Shown here: positions 25,900 to 38,571 of the stretch, piece after piece
Layout of the letters: each line of letters begins with the position of its first letter
How positions within the stretch are numbered: position 1 is the first letter of the stretch
Assembly: GCF_006345805.1 (NCBI RefSeq)
Contig: NW_021832829.1
Span: 372,001-436,000 of the forward strand
Direction: 5' to 3'
DNA: 64,000 nucleotides
Origin: Octopus sinensis
Lineage: Eukaryota
Translations under genes and position numbers: made by a program
Notes under the pieces: model-generated
The model's database searches: none
What the model was told of the DNA's origin: nothing
Seen by the model: only the letters and a program-made list of their open reading frames with translations

Positions 25900-26530
25900 C
25901 GCATATCTTCTCGTCGGTGGGAAGCTCGGTTTGGTTTGAGGCTGCCCAATTCTCCATCTATTTAACGACAGTGGGACGAGATTTGTGTCAAGAAACTTTC
26001 GAAGACCTGGCCTCTGTTTTCAATCAACACCGAATCGCTTGCTTATCTGAGCTCGTTCCCAAAACAAGGGTGTTTGGTTAAAGGCTTTCGCTCTCTTTTC
26101 AATCGGGAATAGTGGACAACGATTGCTTAAGGATCGCATTCTCCCTCCTTGTCTGGGAAACCGTTGACGAGTACGGTTTGTACCCTCTCGCTTGCCGTCG
26201 GAGTGCTGGTCGTGTCCCTCGCCACAGTGAACAAACGCAATCATTCAGAAAGCCCTCGCTTCTGCGGGTGTCCCGTCAATCCTCAAACCGGTTGGGCTGG
26301 ATAGAGAAGACGATAAACGTCCAGAAAACATGACCACCTTCCCTTACGAGCAGGGAAATCTTTTATTTGGGGCTCCACCTGCTCAGACACGTACTCGTGC
26401 TGAAATCTTACCCTGTCTGCTGTCGATCCTGGGCACGCTTCGAGCCCGACCGAGGATCGCAAGATTCTCAAGTACGCAAGACTCGAATTCGCTTATTTTT
26501 ACTCCAATTGCTTTGAGATCTTCGGTGTTG
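25900..26530 (+). mobile_element. Degenerate CRE 3' fragment
   Basis: NDCLRIA, YPLACRRSAGRVPRH, KRPENMT, TCSDT and FTPIA motifs. Confidence 0.8.
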
Positions 26531-26760
26531 ACTATCGGCCCCATTTTTGACAGGGCAGAAACAATTTTAGATAAATCACCCAAGACCACATCAGCAGGCC
26601 CCTTAATAGTGGCATTGTCGAGGTACCAGAAGTTTAAAGGTGTCTTAACATTAAAAGCCACCTCGTCGATTGACAGAGCAAATAGTAAGGGTCCGAAAGG
26701 GTCACCTTGGGGGACTCCAGTCCGGGAGCGGACAGTGTATTTGTCAAAGACACGCGATCT
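26530..26760 (-). mobile_element. CRE RT-core fragment in opposite orientation
   Basis: GVPQGDPFGPLLFALSID...WYLDNATI. Confidence 0.8.
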
Positions 26761-27431
26761 TTCGGTGAGCCAGGCTTATGATCTTATGCGTACGCCGCAA
26801 GCACGATTTCAACATATAATCCTTCCTCAGAAATGCCGGAACGATTTGTATATTTCTTTAACCAGAACCTCAAATATTGCTGGGGCACAGGTATTGCAGT
26901 GAATCGATTGCAAATAGATACTAGTACAGTTGCCCTTCCTACACGCCTCTATGCAGTAGTAGAATTTCGTCTCACAATTGGAAGACTTAACGTTACTTGT
27001 TTAAACTAGCATTTAAGCTTAGTCTGAGTAATCATATCATTGACTGGGTGAATTATGAGATCCCTACACCAGATTAATAAATTCTATTTTCTCGATAGTT
27101 GCTAGGATGTATTTCAAAAGAGCTAATGTGCCATCAAAATTCGTTTTGAAATTGTTTCGTTTAATTAATTATCTTGACGTTTTTTCTGTTTTCTTGGAAT
27201 AAAATCAACCTATCTACCTTTGCTGCAACGCCTGTTTTAATCGTTTTTTGTTCCACGAATTTGATTACTGAAACAAGTGGATTTCACAGCCAGCTCGAGT
27301 TTGATCTGGAGAAAGAAGATAGATCGTTTAAAGTGTCATGGGCAATGCAATACCTATTTTCTTTCTAAAAATAATCCATTTAATTGACTGTGATCATATA
27401 ATTTAAAAAAACAATAAAAATATATAATATC

Positions 27432-29515
27432 ATGAACTTCGCTAAGGTGTGTCATTTGTGATTAATATCAAGGGCTGTTACTTCTACTCGAAGAATAGCA
27501 GATCAAATACTAAGGGTGATCATTACTTTTGAATATCTATCACCAGATAAAGACAGGAAAACAACACATTCAGGAGTATATTGGAAAGTAGTAAAGGAAA
27601 CACTTTTACAAGTAACTAACCAAGTTCAGGTATCAAAATTGTTGTATGTGAGGCTATTCGTTCGGAATGTGAGTCTGAACTAACAAGCAAACTTCTGTCT
27701 TTTTGGAATTCGGTCACATTTAACATGCAAAACCTTCCAATGCTGATCATAAACACAAGTAATATTGTTAAATTACTGTAGGCATGTCCGATCAGTCTTG
27801 TATCATTGATTCTGTCCAAGTTATGCCCTGTAAAATCGTGATCATAACACCTACTGAGTGTACGACTCTTAAAATGATTATGAGTTGTATATGGAGGCAG
27901 CTTACATCAACGGAATCTCCCCAAATCGACCAAAACGTGAAAAACCCGTGTTTCTTTCATATCAGACGGCTATGCCAATTAATTAAAACACCCATTGCTC
28001 TTGTTATAACTGAGTGTGAACGGTCGGGTGTGTTGGATGAGTTCTTATTTATTTGCAGGTAATGTATAGTACTGTATAACCACAGTACCGTTGAAATGCG
28101 GATGGTGGTCATAGTTGGGACTAGAACTCGTCCAAATCTGTCTCATAAGACACTGGCAAGATTAGTTATAGAACACTACTCTTTCTGCGATCTTTCTGTT
28201 GAAGAATTAATGTTCCAGGTTTTTCTTCTGTCATGAGTTGTAGATTTTGTCGAACTGTTCGTTCTGGTTGGGAAAGCGTATATTGATTGATATTCTTAAG
28301 GAGCATCGTTTTGAGTGTTCTTCACTTTCTTACATTTCTCGTCTTGTTAAGGTTATTCTCATGTAGATACGTATAGTATTTTCTTATTAGACATGTCATG
28401 TCACTCGATCATTCTTCACTGCTCATTCTCTCAGAGGACGGGCCACCAGAGACACTCAGGAGATTGCCCTCGTTCAGGCCATTCGTAGAAAAACACAACC
28501 TAGCTTGCAGGCGACTCTTGCTGACTGACGACGGCTATTTCCGAGTAGAGTAATGCAGATAATCATAGAATGTTGTTCGCCAGCATTTGGACGACTTCAA
28601 GTCCGTACATACTGCCAACATAGTCGCCATCAAAGCATTGGGAAGGGTTCTCCGTTACCTTCCACCCGATGTAATGTTATATATGACTCCATAGTTTAGT
28701 GACTGGATTTCCATGTACTACGCCAGGTCTGTACATGATTGTGAGTCGTACAAACTTATTATTCAACTTGCCAGGTATTTGGGTGGAGTATAATAAAGGT
28801 GTTTGAGCATTGATCAGATGCGAGAATGTCTATCCGGTATTATTAACGTTTGCTCGGAGATAATGGACCGGCCAGATTCATTCAAACATCCCTCTTTTGT
28901 TATTTTGTACAGTTCTTTGATGGAACTAAGTTCTGGAGCTGAGTCGAATTTTGTGGGAGCAGTCGTTGATAATCTGAATGAACTTTTCTGGTACAACTCA
29001 CATTTTGCATTATTTAGCACCTTTTTGGTAGATCCGACAACTTTTGTTTTCCATGAACTGTTTTATTTTGACGACGAATCAAGTTGGCGTCAGATTATCC
29101 GTCCGCAATTAAGGAACAAAGTAGCCAGCTCCTTGCCCAAGCCCCATTTTTACATTAACGTGTTTAGCTCTATGTATTATATTAGGATTGTAAAAGTATT
29201 AATACTCGAATGGTTGATTACCAACTTCCAGATATTTGCATACTTTACAATCTATACATGGAATGTGGCTCGTTAATCAATTTGTATGATTGGCGTGAGG
29301 TATATGGTTTATATCACCCTCAGGCATTTTTAGATATAATATCCACTACTTCTTCTCAACTCGCCGATTCAGACGATCAGTCTCCTCGGTTATATGGAAT
29401 ATATATTTGAAGAATTAGGTTTACGAAGGCTGTTGGAAATCTCATGTATTTGGGATTCGTCAAATTCTACAGTTGGAAGACTGATTGTGTTACAAAAATC
29501 AATTTTTTTAATTAA
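27432..29515 (+). CDS. ORC3: Origin recognition complex subunit 3, many micro-introns
   Basis: MNFAK|GCYFY start. CDLSVEE (cf. HDFSV), [30 protein letters not shown] and [16 protein letters not shown]...KTD match ORC3. Introns about 22-34 nt. Confidence 0.85.
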
Positions 29516-29699
29516 TTTTAGACTTTTTTATTTTAAAAATCTATATTTAGAAGCTACTGAACCTGCATTGTCGTTTGGTTTTTAGTAGCTCGAAGATTCC
29601 CCTGATATCTTCTATTCACTACTTTTTATGAGTTATAGTAGTAGGAATCTATTTTAACAAATAAATAAAACTCAGTCCTTTTCTCATGTTTTGAGCTAT

Positions 29700-30290
29700 C
29701 ATATTTATTCAGAGTTGCTCTCCAATTATGTCTTGATATCCGCACGCCGCACGGTACCAATGCGGTGGTATAGTGAATGTGAAAGGTCTGCACTCCCTCT
29801 CGTGCCGCCTAAGCTGAGACCGCTCGCTTCACCATGGAGCATTACGACATCACCTCGAGAACACCCAATTCTATAGGCCTCCCGAATGCACTAAAACAAG
29901 GGGGACAGCACACCCTGGAATGAGATGACAACCTTTTCATACAGCAATGGCAGATGCCTCATTTCGGACGCTACGTGTACAGACACTTGGTCCTCATCCG
30001 GGATACTCTCATCCGCATTTTCTCCTCGATCGGCCGCGGCATGGGTGGAACCCCACAAAATCGATAAAAAAAGAAAACTTACACCCAACATTCCTTTGTC
30101 CTTCATGCATTCGAAACCTCGAAAGCCTTCAGGCCGTGAACATCAAAATTTCTGAAAGATGTCGGCCTCCTTATTGCTTGGAAAAATGGATGCACACGAA
30201 TCCTTTTGGTTGAAACAGAGGATCTCGCTTACAATCGTGCGCGGCAAAACGCATGCTATCCGCTTGGCCGGGATCTAGCCGTTTTTTGAC
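29700..30290 (+). mobile_element. Degenerate CRE REL 3' fragment
   Basis: GLHSLSCRL, MTTFSYSNGRCLISDATCTD and WLKQRISLTIVRG. Confidence 0.8.
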
Positions 30291-30358
30291 AATGCTCGCA
30301 GATCATGCTTGTTTTTATTTCTAACTTTTTTCTTGATGAAAATTTTTTTTAATTAAGC

Positions 30359-31456
30359 TGTTTCGTTTAATTAATTATCTTGACGTTTTTTCTGTTTTCT
30401 TGGAATAAAATCAACCTATCTACCTTTGCTGCAACGCCTGTTTTAATCGTTTTTTGTTCCACGAATTTGATTACTGAAACAAGTGGATTTCACAGCCAGC
30501 TCGAGTTTGATCTGGAGAAAGAAGATAGATCGTTGAAAGTCTCATGGGGAATGCAATACCTATTTTCTTTCTAAAAATAATCCATTTAATTGACTGTGAT
30601 CATATAATTTAAAAAAGAATAAAAATATATAATATCATGAACTTCGGAAGGTGTGTCATTTGTGATTAATATCAAGGGCTGTTACTTCTACTCGAAGAAT
30701 AGCAGATCAAATACTAAGGGTGATTATTACTTTTGAATATCTATCACCAGATAAAGACAGGAAAACAACACATTCAGGAGTATATTGGAAAGTAGTAAAG
30801 GAAACACTTTTACAAGTAACTAACCAAGTTCAGGTATCAAAATTGTTGTATGTGAGGCTATTCGTTCGGAATGTGAGTCTGAACTAACAAGCAAACTTCT
30901 GTCTTTTTGGAATTCGGTCACATTTAACATGCAAAACCTTCCAATGCTGATCATAAACACAAGTAATATTGTTAAATTACTGTAGGCATGTCCGATCAGT
31001 CTTGTATCATTGATTCTGTCCAAGTTATGCCCTGTAAAATCGTGATCATAACACCTACTGAGTGTACGACTCTTAAAATGATTATGAGTTGTATATGGAG
31101 GCAGCTTACATCAACGGAATCTCCCCAAATCGACCAAAACGTGAAAAACCCGTGTTTCTTTCATATCAGACGGCTATGCCAATTAATTAAAACACCCATT
31201 GCTCTTGTTATAACTGAGTGTGAACGGTCGGGTGTGTTGGATGAGTTCTTATTTATTTGCAGGTAATGTATAGTACTGTATAACCACAGTACCGTTGAAA
31301 TGCGGATGGTGGTCATAGTTGGGACTAGAACTCGTCCAAATCTGTCTCATAAGACACTGGCAAGATTAGTTATAGAACACTACTCTTTCTGCGATCTTTC
31401 TGTTGAAGAATTAATGTTCCAGGTTTTTCTTCTGTCATGAGTTGTAGATTTTGTCG
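30359..31456 (+). pseudogene. ORC3: Partial duplicate of the ORC3 upstream region and 5' exons
   Basis: Near-identical to 27153-28252. A 1-bp loss in exon 1 (atgaacttcggaag vs atgaacttcgctaag) frameshifts it, and it is truncated after about 820 bp of gene. Confidence 0.9.
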
Positions 31457-31683
31457 GTAAATTTATTTTTATTATACAACTTTGAAAAGCGATATTATCT
31501 AAAATTTACAGGAAAAGGATCTAAAGATTCCGTTTATAATTTTTTTAAGAAAACATGATCCTTTTGACTTTAGCCGTAACTGATATTTCGCCATACACTA
31601 CTCACCTCCGAATAATTAATTTTAAAAAGAAAAAACTCAATCAATAACAAAAAATTCCCAAAAAACGAAAACATTCAAAGCTA

Positions 31684-33127
31684 TCACTTTTTCTTTTTAA
31701 TTTTAGTCTAAAAATATCTATAAAGGCTTGCCTCATAAGTGCTCTTTAACTCACGGAAATTATTCACCTCTTCGTCCAATTGGTTATACAATGTATCCAA
31801 TTGCTGCGTCTCAGTTTTGTGATTTGATTCCAGGTCCTGATATTTGTCGTACAACTAAATATTTGACACGAAAAAGACACCTCCTTCTCTTGTGATTTTA
31901 GCTCTCTCTCCTTATCCTTGATCTTATTCATAAACGCGTTCCTAAGATCAGATTCCTTTATTCGCATGTCATTGATTAAATCGGACTTCTTCTGGGCGTA
32001 CATTTGATGGACACTACACACTCACAACCACGGAAACCTCAGACCACTGTCACAACCAAACAGTTCCAGCTTCGAAGTTCTGTAGTACTCATATATTTCA
32101 TGTGTTGAGTCTATCAGGTTTTGCATATTCGTCCTGATCACACCCTCCCTCAGTCGCACAAAGTCATTATGCCCTTCGTTTTCCACTACGGAAATATACC
32201 GAGGTGTTACCCTGCACAACTCCCCAGGGATACTTCCTCCCCAACACACACCGGTGACCGACTTTGACCCCATTCAGACTCCCCACCACTGCAAATGGTA
32301 GAAATGTCTTTTTATCAGTTTATTATGCTACATTCAATGAACATTCCTTTCCGTCTGATTTGTTGATAAAATTGAAAATTGGAATTTTTGCTGATCTAAG
32401 ACTGAGGAGAACTGAGGATTTGAGGGACTGTAATTCTGCTCGGGTCAGTGAATCGGATTTGGCGATGATTGGGACAAGATTAACACGATTTGACAGCGCT
32501 TGCATAGCCTTCAGATCGAATTTACGGAGAGAACTAATATGATAAGCACACATACTTTCGCGTAGACGGAGGAATGAAGTAGAGACAGCAATGCAGTCGG
32601 GAATCGCGGAACTGTGTGGAAGAGCGTTGAATGCTCAATTCTTCCTGGAGAAACTTGCCGTGCTGGTTGTCGATATAATCACAGACCATCTCAATGCTGA
32701 AAATGTTTAAGATAATATACTCTTCAGTAGGACTCTGTCCATACCCCACTGTTTCACTTATGGTAAGATGGAGCAGTGTTCCCCCTTCGCGGAGATCTGT
32801 ATCATAATACTGACACAACCATATGAACATTCGGATATGCACGAATCAACAGATTTAATTCGTTCTTCCTTTAAGCCAAACAGCGACCTGACTAGTGTTG
32901 TCTTCCCTATTCCAACCGCCCCTATTTATTACATCATTAATATCAATACCCACACAGAGAATGTTAAATATAAACCCGGACTTAGTGGGGTTCACAATGA
33001 ACTGGTCGGGATACTGAGAAAATCCGACGTTGGCTCTGGGAAACAATTCTTTGACGGCCTGTTTAAATTATTTAATATCACATTCCTTTATTTCGTTGTA
33101 TTCGCCGTTTTCTAATGTGTCTGTCAT
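31684..33127 (-). CDS. Septin, SEPT6/8/11 group; exact 5' splicing unresolved
   Basis: [15 protein letters not shown]|..[39 protein letters not shown] and HNDFVRLRE, followed by a coiled coil. About 10 introns of 22-28 nt. Confidence 0.92.
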
Positions 33128-33829
33128 TAGTCTCACAACACAAAATAGTTTTAATCTAAAACAATAATATGTGATTTACCATTATTGATATTAATTAAAT
33201 TTATTTAATTATAATATGATTTAGGATTGGGTATAGAAAAATCTCTATAATTATTAATTACTTAAGTAATTATTTTTAGCACTGGCTTTTACTAACTTTT
33301 TTTACTTAAAATAAAGTGCGTTCCTGCCTATGCGGGGCTATAAAATACTATTGCTCCCGTGATAAGCCCAATAATAAGTCAATCGGCAGAAAATTGCAAT
33401 ATAAAAAGTAGCTCGCCGGTTATAAAGGTTAGTCACTCTTGTCATACTGCTTTAAAATATTATGTAACATCTTGCATCATTTTTACAATAAAATTTTTGT
33501 AATTTGAAATAAGTTTTAAATCATCGACTAAAGCAAATACTTTGTTGAAAATAATAACACCGTGCTATTTTTATTTATGATTACATTAAACTCACCTTCT
33601 TATGGCCCACATTCAGTGCACGGATGGGCAGATCCATGTTAACGCTCAGTCTAGATTCAGGGGCTACCTCCTTACCAGGCATCGAACTCGTGCCTTGTTT
33701 CGGTTTGCATGCTCAATAACGTCTTCCGCAACACCAATGTATGTCTTCACCCTGTTCTTCACTCTTGCATGAGCCACAGGCTTGCTTTAGTCTGGAGGGA
33801 TTGTTTCCGTGGATTAGCCAACCAAAAAA

Positions 33830-33950
33830 TCATTCACATCAACAATAGTATTCTTTAGACGTTGGAACAAAATAGAGTGCGAGGACTGTTCCTTCGCTTT
33901 CTGGAACATTCTTCGTGTTCCAAGTTGATTATTAGTAACCAGGCAAAATG
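33830..33950 (-). mobile_element. R4-like RT micro-fragment
   Basis: NQLGTRRMFQKAKEQ matches NQLGTRRDCQGAKEQ of the 48125-48733 ORF. Confidence 0.55.
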
Positions 33951-35318
33951 AACATAGATTGGTTGAACACTTCCAATCCGCAGTGGCCCGCCTCAGAGCA
34001 ACCCTGCCTGGCGCGAACGTTACCCCAATCGATGACGTCACCTTTCTCGGGGGATCCCTGTCCGACACGAAGCTCCGATGCGTGCTTTCTGCCAAAACCG
34101 AATACTTCCAAAGACTTTCAACAAACCTATCTATCTTGGACTCGCACACTGCCTTTTTCCTCCTGAAGAACAGCATTCATCTGCCGAAACTCATTTTCAC
34201 CCTCAGGAGCAATCCCTGCTTCCTGCATATGGACCTACTCGTTGCATACGACGCAATCCTGAAAAAGACTGCGGAATCCGTCCTCAATGTCCACCTCGAT
34301 GGCCCGGGATGGGCCCAATGCTCGCTCCCACTGAGATTCGGAGGTGCGGGAATCCGCACTGCATCCGATTTGGCACTTCTGGCATATCTATCCTCCCTTT
34401 CGATGTGCAACAACCTGGCCTCTGAGATCCTACTCAAATCTTTCGGATCTTGCCTGGACGGTACTTTTTCGGATGGGCTTACTACTGGGATCGCTCCTTT
34501 GAGAGGCCCGAAGATTTCTCCTCCCAACGTGCCTGGGACTCTATTGCATGCCGAGCGCGTGTGTCTGAGCTCTCTGCAACCCTTGATCAACACCGCCTGG
34601 CATGCCTTCGTGCGGCATCCGCCCCTCACTCTGGCAGCTGGCTGAATGCTCTTCCTCTCTACAGCATCGGGACGTTGCTAGACGATGCTGCCATACGCAT
34701 CGGAGTGGCTCACCGTCTCGGCCTGGATGTTTGTGCAAAACACCGCTGCAGATGCGGTGAGGACGTTGACGAAAAGGGACTGCACCCACTTTCCTTAGAG
34801 AAGCGCAGGCAGGGAACACAGACACAAGGCCCTCAATTAAATCGTGAAGGCCGGTCTCGAATTGGCGGGCCATTCGTGCCTCCTCGAACCGGTCGGACTC
34901 GATCGGGGAGATGGCAAAAGGCCTGACGGGATGACAATATTCCCGTACTCGTCGGGGAAGGCCCTCGTATGGGATGTTACCGTTGTGGATACCGTTGAGG
35001 ATCCATTCTTCCGCCGCAAACCCTTGTTCGGCTGCAAACCACGCCGAAAAGATCAAAATACAAAAATATTCTTCGCTCGCGGACCGCTACCGCGTTACGG
35101 CAATCGCCCTTGGGACCGCTGGAGCTGCGGGAAAGGAGACTGACTCGTTCCTCAACGAGGTCGGGCAGTCCATTGGGAGGAGGCTCAAGGACACGAGAGA
35201 GGGCCTCTGGTTCCGCCAGCGCATCGGCCTGGCCATTGTTCGGGGCACCACACTGCGTCCTCGCCGCTGGGACTTAACGATTTTTGTTGTCAATTAAAAT
35301 CTATCTTTATAAAAAAAA
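33950..35318 (+). mobile_element. CRE retrotransposon 3' half, frameshifted
   Basis: LDSHTAFFLLKNS, LPLRFGGAGIR, HSGSWLNALP, GKRPDG, WDVTVVD and WFRQRIGLAIVRG. A-run near 35310. Confidence 0.9.
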
Positions 35319-35489
35319 GATTGGTTGTTAGAAAGGTTTCTGTTCAGCTTGTCAAAAACAGGCATGGTCATAACAACAAGATAATTAAAACTGAATATAA
35401 AATTATTAATATTCATTTTTATTATTTTTAGGCGGTCTACCTACGAATTTCTTATTAATAAATTATTTTTGTTTCTATTTCCGTTGGAA

Positions 35490-36304
35490 ATGGGTGATTT
35501 TAGGTTGTTATTTATAATTATTTTTAAAGAAACCAATCTAAGGTATTTATTGGCGATCTTCCTCGTGATGCTTCTGAAAGCGAAATCCAGTCTGCATTCA
35601 ATAAATATGGAACAGTAAGAAATGTATGGGTGGCTCGAAACCCACCGGGATTTGCATTTGTTGAATTTGATGACCCTCGTGATGCCGATGACGCTATTCG
35701 CAAATTAGACGGATCGTGAGTGCCCTCTCTAATCTCTAGATCAATATGTGGAGTGCGTGTTCGTGTAGAGCATTCAACGGGTCGATCCAACAAGGGTGGT
35801 TCAAATGGTCGAATGGACAGAAAAGCATTCAATCCGAATGATCGTTGTTATAAATGCAATGAAAGAGGCCACTATGCGTACGACTGTGACAGATCAGGGT
35901 ACTAACCTTGCGCAGTGGTCACTAGTCACATTAGCTTATTTTCAGTAGCGTATTAGAACTAGTAGGCTGTTATTCTAGTATCGCCGATCATCGACGACTA
36001 CTCTTCTGATGAGTTTAATTCTTTGACAGGTCTCCGCGGCGTCGGTCTAATTCTCGTGGAAGAAGTCCAGACCGCAGGGGGCGACTAAGGCGATCGAGGT
36101 TGCCATCTTTATTTATTTGTAGATCTGACAGTAGAAGGAGAGGCCGTGGTCGATCTTACAGTGATACTTCTTCATCTGGTTCGTATCGTCGGCGCCATAG
36201 ATCTTCTCGTCGTCGTCGATCTCCTGAGAGCAGGTTTTGTGCCTTTTCATTCCAGTCGTTCGAGGCGGTCTTCTTCAAGCAGGTCTCCTCGTGGGCGTTA
36301 TTGA
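35490..36304 (+). CDS. SRSF7: SR splicing factor, SRSF7 (9G8)-like: RRM, zinc knuckle and RS domain
   Basis: [46 protein letters not shown] and an RS tail. Introns of 26, 24, 131, 24 and 22 nt give one continuous frame. Confidence 0.9.
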
Positions 36305-37399
36305 TTTGTTCTTTCTTTTGTCTGCTTTCTTTCTAATAATGCTTCTGTCCTCTTCGATTATTCACTTCTTACTTCCTCTATATTATTGTAACTTATTTTT
36401 TCGCGGTTTTAGTTACCCCAGCTTCGGTAACTTGTATGTACCCGGCGTTCATTAACCATCCACGCATAAATGCTGTAGAGTTTTGGCGATTTCTATTCAC
36501 TGTTCAATAACTGGATTATTTGAGCAATTTGCTGAGACTAAAGTCTGTACAATGAAGTGCATTTTTGTGGATGTGGGTTTTCTAGATTATCGAATTTAGT
36601 CGATTGCTCGTACTGTGATAAAGTTTTACTTTTTTTTAATTTTTTTGTTCTAGTTTTTGCGGATATTGGGGATCTTTTTAGGTTTTCTGGAAGTTGGCAG
36701 CGTTTTATGTTCATGTAAAGATTTTGTGAAAAGTGAAATTGTCCAGTATATATTTTCCCTCTTGTGTAACTTGAGATTGTTTGAGAGAACATTTGAAAGT
36801 GCTGAGGAATCAAAGTGTATATTATGCTGTGTTGGTAAATAGTTTAAAGATTTGTGTCTGTATAATTATGTCGGTGGAATGGGGGTTCTCATGATGTCGC
36901 GCTATTGTTTTCAAATTGAAAATTTCTTTGACACCCATTTATAAATGAAAAACGTCTTTGAATTTTGTGTTGCTCAGATTTAGCTTCGTTGTGATATTGA
37001 GAATCCTTGTCTTGTACAAGAAAAAAAGATTTTGAAAATTTTGCAAGTTTGATAAAGAATTTTATTATTCAGAATTTTATTCCAGCAAGACCTCGATACT
37101 TTGGGCTCAAATTAGAAGTACTAATTTATCCGATGAAAAAGTTTGATGAATAGAATCTCAAAGCGTGTGGCACAAACGGGACCTTAGTTAATTTACATCC
37201 TTTGGATATGTGAGCGTGTTTTTAATAACAATATATCATTGTCCAGCTGAGTTCTCGAGTATCTGCTAATAATTTCTTTGATCCTGGGTTTTTTATTTAA
37301 CCCAAGAATCACTAACAGTTAATTAGAGTAATTAATTAGGTAATTCCAATAATCTTCAAGATCTTTATCAGCTTTTCCCGATGTTAGACTCTGGACCTA

Positions 37400-38460
37400 A
37401 CGCAAGTGCGGAACAGACGGAGAACAGTTTTCGTAAGGAATTGAATCGGGGTGATGTGCTTCTGGTTGCTAATTGACATATGATGGTCTTTTGACAGTGA
37501 GTTCTGTTGAATAGCTAAGAAACCCTTCTATCTTTCTTAATTAGGTGGTCCAGCGGACTTGGAATAATGTTGTTCAAATTAGAAATTTGTATTATGCTAG
37601 CCGCGGCTCGGCATAGTGTAGTCTCAATTTTAAGGCGGTTGGACCATGAGAGATTAATTCCCTATGCGGCGCAGACATAGCCAATTGTCGTTTCGATGAA
37701 TTGTTTGTAGAGAGTGCCGAGAGCCGGGAACGTGCGGCGCAGACATAGCCAATTGTCGTTTCGTAAATAAGGTAGGGGACGATTTTTTGGGTGAGATGTT
37801 CATCCTGTTTTTATATAGCCAACTAGTTGCAAAAACCTTCCGTTATAAACTGGGTTAATGTGTTGAGATATGTCGAAATAAAGAAATTAATCCTGAAACC
37901 ATGTTGGATGTATGTAAGGAAGAGAATATAGATGATCAAATCGAGAGTTAGTTTTTCAAGAATCTTTGCAATTGAACATAAAAGTGAGATGAGTCTATAG
38001 GAGGAGGGGACGTTCTTCGGTCGGCCCGGCTTGAGAATTGGGCGTATAAGAGAATTTTTCCATATATTTGGTATTTGATTCTGGTTAACGGAATAGTTGA
38101 AAATGTTTGTTTCTGCATCAATTCCGATGGGACCAAGATGCTTTAGCAAGGTTGTTGGAGTCAAATCTGGTCTAGGGATGATTTTGTACTGGTAATCACC
38201 GCTGCAACTTTAGCAGGGGATATATAGGTAGGTGTGTTTGATTTCTTTGGTTTATTGTTTACATAATATGAGTTTATCTTTAGATGATTCTTGTGGCTGA
38301 TTCCGGCGTAGAATTTCATGAGTTTACTTAATTCAGGTTGACTTTTCTGCTCTGAACTTTTTGAGAGCATTTCATTTGCGTTGGGCAGATTTTTCTTTTC
38401 CAAGCGTTTTGTTTTGCTTTTCCTATTCTCTTCTTTGGGATGCTTTGAGTTTCTTAGTAA
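37400..38460 (-). mobile_element. Jockey/I-like LINE remnant with internal deletion
   Basis: IPNIWKNSLIRPILKPG...SYRLISLLCSIAKILEK...QHGFR. The C-terminal TIGYVCA matches the 19367 family. 31-bp direct repeat at 37665-37695 and 37733-37763. Confidence 0.8.
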
Positions 38461-38571
38461 TCGTATCCTTGAGTGAATAGTTTAAGCTACAAAAAATGCG
38501 AGAATGAAAGACCAAGTTTGTTTAAAATTTCAATAAGACCAAGTTGTTTAAAAATTGTTAAAAATAATAAA

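Noticed and set aside
27170-27400. RARS2-like gene head-to-head with ORC3, as in vertebrates
   Set aside because: Only a weak FRKKIG resemblance, with no sustained frame or synthetase motifs.
33300-33700. CR1/L2-like DDLKL word and a lone B-box-like GAGTTCGATGCC
   Set aside because: Too short and degenerate to support a feature.
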